Source: Vulcanimicrobiota bacterium (lineage in GTDB: Bacteria; Vulcanimicrobiota; Vulcanimicrobiia; Vulcanimicrobiales; Vulcanimicrobiaceae). From it: a DNA stretch of 64,000 nt. The stretch is from the NCBI GenBank assembly GCA_963812155.1, contig CAWETW010000003.1, positions 480,001 through 544,000 on the forward strand. Reading direction: 5' to 3'. Positions 63,902 to 64,000 of the stretch are shown here, piece after piece; position 1 is the first letter of the stretch; the number at the start of each line of letters is the position of its first letter. Position numbers and translations under genes: made by a program. The notes under the pieces are model-generated. The model did no database searches. It was not told where the DNA came from and saw nothing but the letters and a program-made list of their open reading frames with translations.

Positions 63902-64000
63902 ATGGCTACGACGACTTCGACGGAAACCAGCCCGAACGACGCCGATCCCGGTCAGCTGAAATCCGGCATCGATGCCGCGCTGACGTCTGCGGATGCGACG
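63902..64000 (+). CDS. Start of the next operon gene (truncated by window)
   Basis: AAGGA RBS and ATG; open to the window end (MATTTSTETSP...). Confidence 0.55.
   Translation, partial: MATTTSTETSPNDADPGQLKSGIDAALTSADAT

Larger units (their letters stand above)
38900..64000 (+). other. Extracellular-type contractile injection system (eCIS; Afp/PVC-like) operon, running off the window
   Basis: Tightly coupled sheath, tube, DUF4255 cap, AAA ATPase, DUF4157, LysM, hub, gp5-OB spike, PAAR-like, gp25, two baseplate-J, gpI-like and DUF6519 genes. No capsid, terminase or T6SS membrane complex is present. Confidence 0.92.

Noticed and set aside
39176..64000. Prophage or T6SS interpretation of the tail genes
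   Set aside because: No capsid, portal, terminase, replication or TssJLM/ClpV genes. DUF4255, an Afp15-like ATPase and DUF4157 point to eCIS. Downstream sequence is unseen.

Overview
GC-rich bacterial window. The gene content (GloVer-repeat and beta-propeller lipoproteins, XRE-STAND regulators) suggests Candidatus Eremiobacterota/Vulcanimicrobiota, but this is inference only. Single-base indels are pervasive and break even purK, so most frameshifts are probably long-read errors, and genes are reported as reconstructed. Layout: (1) 1-10.4 kb: metabolic genes, including a Tat-exported PaoABC-type aldehyde oxidoreductase. (2) 10.9-19.1 kb: two tandem integrative elements at tRNA-Ala(CGC). The younger is a 4.6 kb element with a 45-bp att duplication, paired arm-type repeats, an intact tyrosine integrase, a DUF4160/DUF2442 TA pair, an SDR and a TetR. 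The older is decayed and carries an Hna-like helicase-nuclease defence gene. (3) 19-30 kb: secreted proteins (one thermopsin-like), a Fur/Zur + metal ABC operon, GH5 and purEK. (4) 30-38.7 kb: two XRE-STAND-TPR regulators and a stand-alone SARP/BTAD activator. (5) 38.9 kb to the window end: a >25 kb extracellular-type contractile injection system (eCIS) operon with sheath, tube, cap, AAA ATPase, DUF4157 effector candidate, hub, spike, PAAR-like tip, baseplate and DUF6519 fibre. It is transcribed divergently from the SARP gene, with 11-bp-phased repeats between them, and one baseplate wedge protein carries an unusual duplicated sheath-like domain.
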